DNA from: Nitrospirota bacterium
GTDB taxonomy: Bacteria; Nitrospirota; Thermodesulfovibrionia; UBA6902
Assembly (NCBI GenBank): GCA_016208905.1
Contig: JACQXG010000004.1
Coordinates: 1-57,580, forward strand
Length of the DNA: 57,580 nucleotides
Direction of reading: 5' to 3'
Positions 18,236 through 27,554 of this stretch are shown in pieces. Made by a program: the position numbers and the translations under genes. Below the pieces are notes generated by a model. It made no database searches. It was not told where the DNA came from and saw only the letters and a program-made list of their open reading frames with translations. Position 1 is the stretch's first letter. Each line of letters opens with the position of its first letter.

Positions 18236-19702
18236 ATGTCACGCTTAGATATCAGGTGTAAAGTCGATTTGCCTGTCTATATTATTGCAAACAATAATGG
18301 TGGAAAGGGTGTAACAGAAACAAAGACGAAGTTTACCTCCCTGAGCCTTAGTGGTGGATTTATTAATTTTAAGCAGTCTCATAATGAAAATAAAATTTTT
18401 GGTTTAAGATATGACTTGCCAAAGCATGGAGAATTTGAGATTTTAGGTGAAGTGGCACGTTCTGAAAGTGACGGCTTTGCTGCAAGATTTTATAACTTAA
18501 ACAGAGATGCCAAATTGAAACTCTGGGATTATATCAAAGAAAATATGGCTGATGATATTTCTTGCCCATATTGCGGCAAAGAAAATACCCAAAAACTTAG
18601 AAAGTGCGACAAGTGTGGCTGGAGTCTTAATTTCTATTCTCAGGATTATATAGTAGAACATGAAAAGGAATCTTTTATTAAACGACTTGATTTAAAGAGT
18701 AGTTTATTTTCTATTGAAGATTTGTACAAGATTTTGAACTATGTAGATGTTCAGATTTTGAAAATCGGCAAAAACCTTGATATTAATGAAGAGTTCGTAG
18801 GTTCGAGCCAGGGAATACTGAATGTTTTTTCAATGATAAGACGAGTTGCACCTACTGATGTTCCGGTCCTTATCACTGGTGAAAGCGGGACCGGTAAAGA
18901 ATTAACTGCAATGGCTATTCATGAGAGAAGTCAAAGGAGAAGAAAGCCTTTTATAACTATAAATTGTGCTGCTATTCCGGATAATCTCCTTGAGGCAGAG
19001 CTTTTTGGTTATGAGAAAGGTGCGTTTACGGGCGCGTATGCGAGTAAAGTTGGGAAATTTGAATATGCTGATGGAGGGACCATATTTCTTGATGAAATTG
19101 GAGAGCTTTCCCCGAATTTACAATCAAAATTACTGAGGTTTCTTGAGGACAAAATTGTTGAGAAGATTGGATCTAATGGCAGCAAAAAGGTTGATGTAAG
19201 ACTAATTGCAGCTACGAATAAAGACCTCAAATCAGCTATTGCAAAGGGATCTTTCAGAAAAGATCTTTTTTACAGATTGGATGTATTCAATATAAATTTG
19301 CCTCCTGTAAGGGAAAGGGATGAAGATAAAGTGATTCTTGCCAGATATTTCCTGAACAAATATTCTAAAGAAATGAACTTAAATAAAACGTTTACTTCTG
19401 AAGCAGTAAATGCAATCAAAACATATGAATGGCCCGGCAATGTCAGGGAAATTATAAATAGGGTTAGACGGGCTGTTGTAATGTCTAAAGATGCAGCTAT
19501 AGGGCCTGTTGATCTGGATTTAAATATTCCTGTTATGCAGATGGATACAATGACTTCACTGAGAGAAGTCAGATATTCCATTGAAAAGCAAAAATTAATT
19601 GAGGCGCTGAGACATTGCAATAACAATATTTCAAAAGTTGCGAGGGTTCTGGGAATTAGCAGACCTTCGGTTTACAGCCTGAGGAAAAAATATAGTCTTT
19701 AA
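18236..19702 (+). CDS. Sigma-54-dependent activator with N-terminal PilZ-like domain and zinc ribbon (PilZ-ZnR-AAA+-Fis HTH)
   Basis: RLDIR (RxxxR) and SLSLSGG; CPYCG...CDKCG; GESGTGKE, GAFTGA, FLDEIGE, WPGNVRE, NISKVARVLGISRPSVY. GGGAGG SD favours ATG 18236. Confidence 0.9.
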   Translation: MSRLDIRCKVDLPVYIIANNNGGKGVTETKTKFTSLSLSGGFINFKQSHNENKIFGLRYDLPKHGEFEILGEVARSESDGFAARFYNLNRDAKLKLWDYIKENMADDISCPYCGKENTQKLRKCDKCGWSLNFYSQDYIVEHEKESFIKRLDLKSSLFSIEDLYKILNYVDVQILKIGKNLDINEEFVGSSQGILNVFSMIRRVAPTDVPVLITGESGTGKELTAMAIHERSQRRRKPFITINCAAIPDNLLEAELFGYEKGAFTGAYASKVGKFEYADGGTIFLDEIGELSPNLQSKLLRFLEDKIVEKIGSNGSKKVDVRLIAATNKDLKSAIAKGSFRKDLFYRLDVFNINLPPVRERDEDKVILARYFLNKYSKEMNLNKTFTSEAVNAIKTYEWPGNVREIINRVRRAVVMSKDAAIGPVDLDLNIPVMQMDTMTSLREVRYSIEKQKLIEALRHCNNNISKVARVLGISRPSVYSLRKKYSL

Positions 19703-19759
19703 ATATTTCGAGTCGATCCCACCTAATAGAACGGAATAAGTGTAAACAAAATCTATTAA

Positions 19760-19778
19760 GTGTAATTTAAGATTACAC
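19760..19778. promoter_or_regulatory. Palindromic candidate enhancer (UAS) for a sigma54 activator
   Basis: GTGTAAT-TTAAG-ATTACAC (TGT-N11-ACA), 63 nt upstream of the -24/-12 element at 19842. Confidence 0.5.
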
Positions 19779-19841
19779 CAAGACTGCTATATTCATTAAC
19801 ACTGTTTTTGTAACCCCCTGTACAAAAAGATAATTTACTAT

Positions 19842-19857
19842 AGGCATAATATTTGCT
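19842..19857 (+). promoter_or_regulatory. Sigma-54 (-24/-12) promoter
   Basis: AGGCAT-AATAT-TTGCT, correct GG-N10-GC spacing, upstream of small ORF 19882. Confidence 0.75.
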
Positions 19858-19881
19858 ATGATATATGTCAAGGAGGTGAAT

Positions 19882-20064
19882 ATGTTTTTCAATAAATGGT
19901 TTTCTCTCTTTACAATTCTTGATGAGTCTCCTTTCTTTGCTGAAATTACCATGAAAGATAGGGAGAAGCTCATTAATGAATTGTTTGAGACGTACCCACA
20001 ACTACAACGGCATGAACCAGGCGATATGGAGGTGGGTTATGAAGCAAGCTGGTTGCTGAAGTAA
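19882..20064 (+). CDS. Small acidic hypothetical protein (60 aa)
   Basis: Strong SD AAGGAGGTGA before ATG 19882; sigma54 promoter upstream; GTAAACC...GGTTTGC hairpin at the stop. Confidence 0.7.
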   Translation: MFFNKWFSLFTILDESPFFAEITMKDREKLINELFETYPQLQRHEPGDMEVGYEASWLLK

Positions 20065-20520
20065 ACCTATTAATATTGGTTTGCCCCTACTAGATTAAGC
20101 TGTTATCATCTGCCAGGATGGAATTATCTGGTACAATAAGCTGATCCTTTAAAGACATTTCTTAAGTGTAAAATAGCTAGTAATATTTATACATCTGCAT
20201 AATTAAAATTTATTGACTTAAAAGAGTAAATAGAATAAACTCATTCCATTTATTAGACATTAAAGAAATTCTAAAGTTGATGCCAGTTAGTAAAGATAAG
20301 TAATTATGAAGACAGGATTATTTCTAATAATATTGTGGGATGAAGCAGATTTCAGCAATGGTACAAGAAGTAACATCAAAACACGTCTTTAATTTTAATA
20401 TCCGTTTATAAAATTCCTTATTTAATTTCTCTGATAACTAAACTGATGAAATATGTTTGCGTGTAGATATCGTCTTGTCAACATTGACATTTCAACAGTT
20501 TTTATTTTAATAATAATATT

Positions 20521-21807
20521 ATGAGAAAGGCTGTTATACTGCCTTTATTGTTTGTTTTATTAGTAAGCACTGCTGAGGCAGCGAAGCAAATATCTGTTAA
20601 GAAACTTCGCTACTCATCATATGAAAGTTACACAAGAATTGTAGTTGACTTAAACGGCCGCATCGAGTTTACTCAAAACCGCATTTCCAGTCCTGACCGC
20701 CTTTTTTTTGACTTAAAAGAATGTATCTTATCCGGGGATGCTAAGCCCTCTATTCATATAGAGAATGGCATCATCAAAACAGTTCGCATGGCGCAGTTTA
20801 ATAAAAATACAGTTAGGGTTGTTCTGGATATTGATAAGCTGGAAAAATATTCCGCATTTTTGTTGGATGAACCTAACAGGCTTGTTATTGATGTTTATAC
20901 AGTAGTTAAAAAAGAGGAGAGAAGTGATAACGAAAGCAGCCGGAAGGCATTACCGGATAGCAGTCTGAATAAAATAAAGACTATCGTTATTGACCCGGGT
21001 CATGGAGGTAAGGACCCTGGAGCAATCGGCCCGGGGGGTCTTCGTGAGAAAGATATTACTTTATATGTTGGGGAAAAACTCGGGGAGATAATTAAAGCGA
21101 AAAACGGTGTGGATGTTATTTATACAAGGGATGCGGATGTATTTGTTCCTTTAAATGACAGGACAGAAATCGCAAATTCCAAAAAGGCCGATCTTTTTAT
21201 TTCTATACACGTTAATGCAAGTGAAAAGAGAAAAGCAAGGGGTATCGAGACATACTTTCTTAACTGGACAAATAATAAAGAGGCTTTGAGAGTTGCAGCA
21301 AGAGAAAATAAAATCTCGATCAGTAAAATGCAGGAAATCCAGGACGGGCTGCAGTCTATTCTTCAGGATCTTGCAAGAAACAATAAGCGGGAAGAGTCAA
21401 TGAGACTTGCCCACAGCGTGCAAAATGCGATGGTTACCACACTCAAAAATGACTATACTAAAATAGAGGATCTGGGTGTAAAATACGCGCTGTTTTATGT
21501 TCTTGTCGGAGCCGAAATGCCATCAATACTTGTTGAGATTTCTTTTATCAGTAATCATGAAGAAGAAAAAAGGCTTGCTGTAAATGATTATAGAAATAAA
21601 ATAGCGGAGGCCATAGCCATAGGTATTAATACCTACATTTCACAGTCAAGCCTTATTGTGAAAGACGATAGAGAAACGATACCCGCAGGTGAAGGAATGG
21701 TTACCCCGATAGAAAAAGTTCAGTCCGTCAATGAACGTAGTTCTCTGACAATGTATACTGACTCAAAAGATGGCAGCTTTCTTTCCAGCGGGATGAAGAA
21801 AGATTAG
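20521..21807 (+). CDS. amiC: N-acetylmuramoyl-L-alanine amidase with AMIN domain (AmiC-like)
   Basis: Signal peptide; AMIN (TRIVVDL, PDRLFFDL, VRVVLD, PNRLVIDV); IDPGHGGKDPGA, EK, FISIHVNA, SILVEISFISN. Confidence 0.9.
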   Translation: MRKAVILPLLFVLLVSTAEAAKQISVKKLRYSSYESYTRIVVDLNGRIEFTQNRISSPDRLFFDLKECILSGDAKPSIHIENGIIKTVRMAQFNKNTVRVVLDIDKLEKYSAFLLDEPNRLVIDVYTVVKKEERSDNESSRKALPDSSLNKIKTIVIDPGHGGKDPGAIGPGGLREKDITLYVGEKLGEIIKAKNGVDVIYTRDADVFVPLNDRTEIANSKKADLFISIHVNASEKRKARGIETYFLNWTNNKEALRVAARENKISISKMQEIQDGLQSILQDLARNNKREESMRLAHSVQNAMVTTLKNDYTKIEDLGVKYALFYVLVGAEMPSILVEISFISNHEEEKRLAVNDYRNKIAEAIAIGINTYISQSSLIVKDDRETIPAGEGMVTPIEKVQSVNERSSLTMYTDSKDGSFLSSGMKKD

Positions 21808-22415
21808 TGAAAAGTTTTAGTCCGCAGGCCAAGATAATACTTTATATACTCCTCATCATGGCAGTTTTTATTTCAACCTCTGACAAGATCAATCTTCTTC
21901 TTTTTTGTTGTGTGGCGGTTTTTGCTTTAAAGGTGCCTTTGTCGACACTTAAACGCGGTGCAGTTCCTATAGTCCTTTTTCTTACATTTACTTTTATAAG
22001 CAACGTCTTTTTCCAGGAAGGTAAGGTAATCTATAAAATCTTTGGTCTGCCGGTCACTGAAGACGGTTTTGTAAAGGGAGGCCGGCTGACTTTGAGGCTT
22101 ATTATATTAATCATTGGAGCAAAGGTATTGACTGCAACGACAAAGGCAGAGGATATGATAGCAGGGATGGGCAGACTCCTTGGTCCTTTGGGAAGATCAG
22201 GATTTGTAAAGGAGCTTATATTGACAATGTCACTTACTCTTCGTCTTCTGCCGATTGTTTATGATGAGGCCCTGGAATTGTACAAAGATGTGAAAAATTC
22301 TGAAGGAACAAACCTGGCAGGCAAAGTGAGACTCGCTGTTTCATTACTGACCCCCCTCTTGGAGCGGAGTTTGCAAAAGGCGAAAGACATGTCTGAGATG
22401 GGAGGAAAAATTTGA
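21807..22415 (+). CDS. Energy-coupling factor transmembrane component T-like (CbiQ/EcfT family), degenerate and solitary
   Basis: PQAKII...LRLIIL...LTATT...SLTLRLLPIVYDEA...PLLERSLQKA pattern; GTG start overlaps the amiC TAG; Ala-Arg-Gly motifs not visible. Confidence 0.72.
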   Translation: MKSFSPQAKIILYILLIMAVFISTSDKINLLLFCCVAVFALKVPLSTLKRGAVPIVLFLTFTFISNVFFQEGKVIYKIFGLPVTEDGFVKGGRLTLRLIILIIGAKVLTATTKAEDMIAGMGRLLGPLGRSGFVKELILTMSLTLRLLPIVYDEALELYKDVKNSEGTNLAGKVRLAVSLLTPLLERSLQKAKDMSEMGGKI

Positions 22416-23989
22416 GCATTGATTATTTACTCAAGGGAGGAATTATTATCGATGGATCGTCTCCGGAAGTTCATCCGAAGCAGATGGATATTGCTATCGA
22501 AGATGACTGCATAAAGGATATAGGTGACCTTTCACATGTTATTGCCGACAGGACTATCGATGTTAAAGGACTCATTGTTTGCCCGGGTTTTATAGATGCT
22601 CATGCCCATTCCGAATTTGCCCTGCTTGCGGATGGTAGAGCAGAAGGGAAGATATCCCAGGGAGTCACTACCGAGATAAACGGCAATTGTGGTTTGTCTG
22701 CGGCACCTCTTTACGGGGCTGCACTTGAACAGAGGGAGCGTGAATTTGATGCGATAAATATAAAAGAAAGATGGCGAACTTTTTCTGAATATTTCAGCCT
22801 GCTGGAAAAGAAGAAGTTCGGCACTAATTTTATGACCCTTGCCGGACACGGCAATATCAGAGCATCTGTGGTTGGGTATATGGACAAATCCATTTCGAAA
22901 AATGATATGGAAAAGATGGTGGCCCTGCTGCGAACTTCCATGGATGAAGGGGCAAAAGGTCTTTCTACCGGACTTATCTATCCGCCGGGCATATATTCCA
23001 GCGCTTCTGAAATTATTGGACTCGCACATGAAGCAGCAAGGTACAAGGGCATTTATACAACACACATGAGAAGTGAAGGGGATAAACTGCTTGAGTCAGT
23101 GGACGAGGTCATCAGCATAGCAGGTAATGCAGGTATACGTGCACATATATCTCATATCAAAACCAGCGGGGAAAAGAACTGGAATAAACTTGATAATGTT
23201 TTCACAATTATTCAAGAGGCACGTGACAAGGGTATCGTAATCACCTGTGACAGATACCCCTACATAGCATCAAGCACAGATCTCGATACTGTTTTGCCTT
23301 CATGGGCATTTGAAGGCGGTCATAAGAAAGAAATTACACGGTTGGAAAATCAGCGTGCTGAACTCACGGAAGATATTCTTAAAGACTACCCCCATTCATC
23401 TGATTGGGAGAAAGTTGTAATATCTTCTGTAAATTCGGACAAGAACAGATGGATGGAAGGCAAGAGTATTTACGAAATGTCCAGGTCTCAAGGCAAGACG
23501 GAACTGCAAAGTGTATTTGATGTCTTGGTGGATGAAGGTTTAAATGTAGGGGCCATTTTTTTTACCATGAATGAAGATAATCTTAAATCCATTCTGAAGC
23601 GTCAATATTGCGCGATTGGCACGGACAGCGCAGTCAGGAGTTTCAGCGGCGTCACGGCAAAAGGCATGCCTCATCCAAGGGGGTTCGGATCCTTTCCGAG
23701 GATACTGGGGCGTTATGTGAGAGAGCTCGGGGTCCTGACGCTCAGTGAAGCTGTTTACAAGATGACGGGATTGTCTGCGGAGATTTTTCAAATCGGGAGG
23801 CGCGGAGTTCTTGAAAAAGGTTTTTTCGCTGACATCACGATATTTGATCCCTCTAAAGTAATTGATACAGCTGATTACACGAACCCCTTCCGAAGACCGG
23901 AGGGGATTAATCATGTCTTTATTAACGGAGTCCCGGTCCTTTTGGATGGTGAGCTGACAGGGGCTTTGCCGGGAAGGGTTCTTAGATAA
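22412..23989 (+). CDS. N-acyl-D-amino-acid deacylase (D-aminoacylase) family amidohydrolase
   Basis: PGFIDAHAHS, QGVTTEINGNCG, GLSTGLIYPPG, HMRSE, HISHIK, YPYIASST, GTDS, HPRGFGSFPR; TTG start with GGAGG SD. Confidence 0.92.
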   Translation: MSIDYLLKGGIIIDGSSPEVHPKQMDIAIEDDCIKDIGDLSHVIADRTIDVKGLIVCPGFIDAHAHSEFALLADGRAEGKISQGVTTEINGNCGLSAAPLYGAALEQREREFDAINIKERWRTFSEYFSLLEKKKFGTNFMTLAGHGNIRASVVGYMDKSISKNDMEKMVALLRTSMDEGAKGLSTGLIYPPGIYSSASEIIGLAHEAARYKGIYTTHMRSEGDKLLESVDEVISIAGNAGIRAHISHIKTSGEKNWNKLDNVFTIIQEARDKGIVITCDRYPYIASSTDLDTVLPSWAFEGGHKKEITRLENQRAELTEDILKDYPHSSDWEKVVISSVNSDKNRWMEGKSIYEMSRSQGKTELQSVFDVLVDEGLNVGAIFFTMNEDNLKSILKRQYCAIGTDSAVRSFSGVTAKGMPHPRGFGSFPRILGRYVRELGVLTLSEAVYKMTGLSAEIFQIGRRGVLEKGFFADITIFDPSKVIDTADYTNPFRRPEGINHVFINGVPVLLDGELTGALPGRVLR

Positions 23990-24115
23990 AATAATAATTA
24001 CGAATCGCGGATTAAATATAGCTCTCTTGCGGTAACGCGGACTCTTTAATAACTTCAATAATTCCCCAATTTTTTATAAATGCTGTAGAATACCTGTTAA
24101 ATTATTTCATAGACT

Positions 24116-25177
24116 ATGAAAACAGAATGGCTATATAAAACAATTTCACTGGCAATTATTGTTGTCCTGTTTTATCTGTTATACAAGGTGCTCAGTCCGT
24201 TTCTGATTATAATAGCATGGGCCATGGTCCTGAGCATTACGTTTTATCCGCTTAATAAATTCTTGCTCAGGTTTATAAAAAGACCCTGGCTGGCTTCCCT
24301 GATCACCCTGACAATTATTCTGATTATAATGTTGGGCCCGTTTTCTTTTATTATAGGGTCCCTTGCGAATGAGATTACCGATGTTTACAGCGCTATTGAG
24401 GAAAAGGGATTTGAGACAGTGACTCAGATCCAGGACCACCCGATGCTGAAAACCTTATTTGAAGAGATCAGTTCGTACAAGATATTTGAAGGTTTTGACT
24501 TCAGGCAGGGGGCAATTGATTCCTTAAAGTCAGTTGGGAGCCTGATTGCGGCACATACAACTGATTTTTTTACAAACGCAGTATTATTAATTGTTAACTT
24601 CTTCATGATTTGTTTGACAACATATTATTTTCTGGTAGACGGGAATGTGCTTGTTAACTTCATAAAGAAGCTGCTGCCTTTTTCGGAGATACAGAAGGAC
24701 AGGCTTGAACATCGAGTAAGGGAACTGGTTGTAGCGGCAATTTATGGCGGTATGGCTGTTGCGTTAGCGCAGGGAGTGCTTGGAGGTATTGCTTTTTTTG
24801 CCTTCGGACTTCCTTCGCCTGTACTATGGGGAACCGCGATGGCAATATTTTCCTTTATTCCGGTTATTGGGTGTGCTGCCATATGGGTGCCGGCCGGTAT
24901 ATATCTGCTGTTAACGGCCGGTTATGCAAAAGGCATAGGCTTTCTTGTATACAGTATTGTTTTAATCGGCAGCATTGATAATGTCATCAGGCCCCTTGTT
25001 ATTGGCGGCAGGACCAAACTGCATACCCTTTTAATTTTCTTCAGCGTTTTAGGAGGGATTAATTATTTGGGATTTCTTGGATTTGTTCTCGGCCCCCTTA
25101 TAGCCGCGCTGTGTTTGTCCTTATTGGAAATTTATACATTTGAAGAACCAGACCAGGAAGACCCGGCTGTGTCCTGA
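24116..25177 (+). CDS. AI-2E family transporter (UPF0118)
   Basis: Multiple TMs; YYFLVDG, SFIPVIG, IDNVIRP, GFLGFVLGPL. Confidence 0.9.
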   Translation: MKTEWLYKTISLAIIVVLFYLLYKVLSPFLIIIAWAMVLSITFYPLNKFLLRFIKRPWLASLITLTIILIIMLGPFSFIIGSLANEITDVYSAIEEKGFETVTQIQDHPMLKTLFEEISSYKIFEGFDFRQGAIDSLKSVGSLIAAHTTDFFTNAVLLIVNFFMICLTTYYFLVDGNVLVNFIKKLLPFSEIQKDRLEHRVRELVVAAIYGGMAVALAQGVLGGIAFFAFGLPSPVLWGTAMAIFSFIPVIGCAAIWVPAGIYLLLTAGYAKGIGFLVYSIVLIGSIDNVIRPLVIGGRTKLHTLLIFFSVLGGINYLGFLGFVLGPLIAALCLSLLEIYTFEEPDQEDPAVS

Positions 25178-25251
25178 AAAATAGCAGGGTCAACTATGTT
25201 GCTGTATTTTACGCAACCAAACATGTTGTGTCTGACAACACCTGCTTAATG

Positions 25252-25413
25252 CTATTTTCCCTCAGATCCGGCTTCTCCCGCATTTTTATTAGCCTTAATC
25301 GATACATCTTTTACAAAATCAGCACATTTAATATCCTTGCCACTGATGGAAAATTTCTTCTGGCAGGTGGCCCTCCATGCGCATATTGCACATATCGTGT
25401 TACTTGACGCCAT
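25252..25413 (-). CDS. Small four-cysteine protein (53 aa), missing from the ORF track
   Basis: GGGGG SD-like stretch then MASSNTICAICAWRATCQKKFSISGKDIKCADFVKDVSIKANKNAGEAGSEGK-stop; 40 nt downstream of the DUF116 gene on the same strand. Confidence 0.75.
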   Translation of the reverse strand: MASSNTICAICAWRATCQKKFSISGKDIKCADFVKDVSIKANKNAGEAGSEGK

Positions 25414-25453
25414 ATTAATCCCCCCTTATGTTTTTAAACATTTCGATTGCAGT

Positions 25454-25969
25454 CTACATTATTTCTTCAATCATGTCCCAGTCTACGCTGTTCTTGATGC
25501 AGTCATATACATGAAGACGAATGCCCTGAGTTTTTACCCTGGTCCCGTTGATTCTTATTCCAAGGTCTGTGATCTTTTCAGAATGTATGCCTTTTTCTAT
25601 TTCATAGTCACAGGCAATCCCGATTACCCCTTTTATATTTTTTCTCTGAACTAGTCTTCTCGTAAAGCCGACACTGGGAGTAATATAAAACTGATAACCT
25701 TTTTTTTCTGCGGATTCAAATATTTTACCGCATCCGCAGAGTTTGCATTTACTGCATAATACCCCGTCAGACTTGGAAAACTTGGCAGGGCATTTATCGT
25801 CTATAAGGCAATGAGGAAGAATTACTGCAATGTCTTCTTTCCTGAGCTTCTGAAAGTCATCCCTGTAATAATCATTGATGGTTGCCATGATGTTAGGTCT
25901 TTTAAGTCCCAGAATGCTCCGGAGTTTATACACGTAAATATTTCCCAGAAATTTTAGTTTGTTTAACAT
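25454..25969 (-). CDS. DUF116 family Cys-rich protein
   Basis: ILPHCL...CPA...CSKCKLCGCG...VIGIACDYEI...DCIKNSVD. Confidence 0.85.
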   Translation of the reverse strand: MLNKLKFLGNIYVYKLRSILGLKRPNIMATINDYYRDDFQKLRKEDIAVILPHCLIDDKCPAKFSKSDGVLCSKCKLCGCGKIFESAEKKGYQFYITPSVGFTRRLVQRKNIKGVIGIACDYEIEKGIHSEKITDLGIRINGTRVKTQGIRLHVYDCIKNSVDWDMIEEIM

Positions 25970-26209
25970 GCTTCTATATAGAATTTCAAATAAACAGAAT
26001 TAATTCTAATAATAAGTCTAATCCCTAAATTAACTATTTGCAATAAGGATACTATAATATTTGAGGGTAACTAAGAGTTTTTATTTGACATTACAGGTCT
26101 TGTCAATATCAATATTTGGAAAAAGGGATAGGATGGATTTTGAAAAAAAGAAAAGGTTAAGGGATTGACCCGTAACCCTGACGAAGTCAATGCAGAATTG
26201 ATATATGCA

Positions 26210-26521
26210 CTATCTTGCTGCCGCGTGGTATGCCTGCCTGACTTTCATCAGTTTAAAGTTTTCCGCCCCTTCTTCATGTTTAACCTTCCTGAATACTTCA
26301 CATGACATACAGGACACCTGTTTCAGGGCAAAGTCGCCCTGGATCTTACCGCCGCAGAAGGTACCTGCAATTGCCCAGCATAGACGGCCGCCATTCTTAC
26401 CGCTGTTTATTCCATTACAGGATGTATCAGAAGCTGCCGGACAAACTCCCATTTCTCCTGTCTTCACTCCCCCCGGTTCTCTGCCGCATTTTTTTACTTC
26501 CCAACAATTTTCTTTTTTCAT
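26210..26521 (-). CDS. Two-CW domain Cys-rich protein
   Basis: NCWEVKKCGREPGG...CPAA...GRLCWAIAGTFCGG...CMSCEVF; GGGAGG SD. Confidence 0.85.
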   Translation of the reverse strand: MKKENCWEVKKCGREPGGVKTGEMGVCPAASDTSCNGINSGKNGGRLCWAIAGTFCGGKIQGDFALKQVSCMSCEVFRKVKHEEGAENFKLMKVRQAYHAAAR

Positions 26522-26551
26522 TTTAACCTCCCTTCATCTAATATTTTTTAA

Positions 26552-26567
26552 TGCAAAAACAATGCCT
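26552..26567 (-). promoter_or_regulatory. Sigma-54 (-24/-12) promoter for the two-CW gene
   Basis: Minus strand AGGCAT-TGTTT-TTGCA; abutted by palindrome TGTAAAA-TCA-TTTTACA at 26567-26583. Confidence 0.75.
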
Positions 26568-26840
26568 GTAAAATCATTTTACAATGTGTTAATAAATTGG
26601 CATTTAGTAATGAAGGAATATTAATTGAGTTTTTCTCCGCTGTTTTCATGCGTGATTTAACTCATGAGGGTTATTTGACTAACCTATTATAATTCCATGT
26701 AAATTGTGATTTGACGAACAAATTATTTGAGTTATTGAATGGAGGACTAAAGAACTCATCAACTGGGATTATGTTGTTTATTTTATATAGGATAATTTAT
26801 TATTCTGGACGAGATATTTATTAGAAGAAAGGAGTTGAAG

Positions 26841-27356
26841 ATGGAACTTTCGAATATCTTACCTCTTGAGAAATGGCTTGGATTGGAGAAGGATATTTTC
26901 GAAATGTCCGGTCTGGCCTCAAATGTCTTCAATGTTGACGGGATAAGAATAACCGATTTTAAGGTGTGGGTTAATCGTCTTTGTCCGGCAATTAAGGCTG
27001 ATGACAGTGGACAGAGCTTCATCTGCGCTGTTGCCCATATGAACATTGCAGGTATGGCTAAAGAGAATAAGGGGGCGTTTATCGGAGAGTGCGACGCCGG
27101 ACTGTTAAAGCTGGTTGTTCCGATATTTGTGAATGGGGAGTTTCTGGGCGCGGTAGGGGCCTGCGGACTTCTGCTTGATGACAGCGAAGTGGATTCATTT
27201 ATGATAAACAGGACTATCGGGATGGATTATGAGAAAATTGAGGGCCTGTCTCATGATATAAAAAGAATAACCAGCGAAGAAGCTGAAGCGCTTGGAAAAT
27301 ATATTGCCGGCCGTATCGGGAAGATCGTGAGCGATTTTGAGAAGCATGGTGTGTAA
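26841..27356 (+). CDS. Stand-alone PocR ligand-binding domain protein
   Basis: NRLCPAIK...FICAVAH...ECDAGLLKLVVPIFVNGEFLGAVGACG three-Cys PocR pattern; AGGAG SD before ATG 26841. Confidence 0.8.
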   Translation: MELSNILPLEKWLGLEKDIFEMSGLASNVFNVDGIRITDFKVWVNRLCPAIKADDSGQSFICAVAHMNIAGMAKENKGAFIGECDAGLLKLVVPIFVNGEFLGAVGACGLLLDDSEVDSFMINRTIGMDYEKIEGLSHDIKRITSEEAEALGKYIAGRIGKIVSDFEKHGV

Positions 27357-27554
27357 TTTAATTTATATTTTATTTCACAGAAACAGTCCGTCTGATATTA
27401 GAAGACAGGGAAGGGTGAAAATTATAGATCATTGAGCAGTGGTATTAACTGAAAATATATTGACTCCGTGCGTATAAATAGTATTAAATTGGATTGTATG
27501 AAAATATAGAAATATTATATGCAGGTTATTAATGCACAGGAAAGTGAGGGTGAC

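Noticed and set aside
20060-20090. c-di-GMP-I riboswitch on the minus strand (GGCAAACC)
   Set aside because: Lacks the GNRA-capped stem and following GACGCAAA; better read as a hairpin after the small ORF.
25337-25654. 105-aa plus-strand ORF
   Set aside because: Overlaps DUF116 and the 53-aa Cys ORF on the opposite strand, both better supported.
26085-26106. TTGACA-N10-TGTCAA palindrome as a specific operator
   Set aside because: Single instance in AT-rich DNA; equally explained by a -35 box, and no regulator can be assigned.
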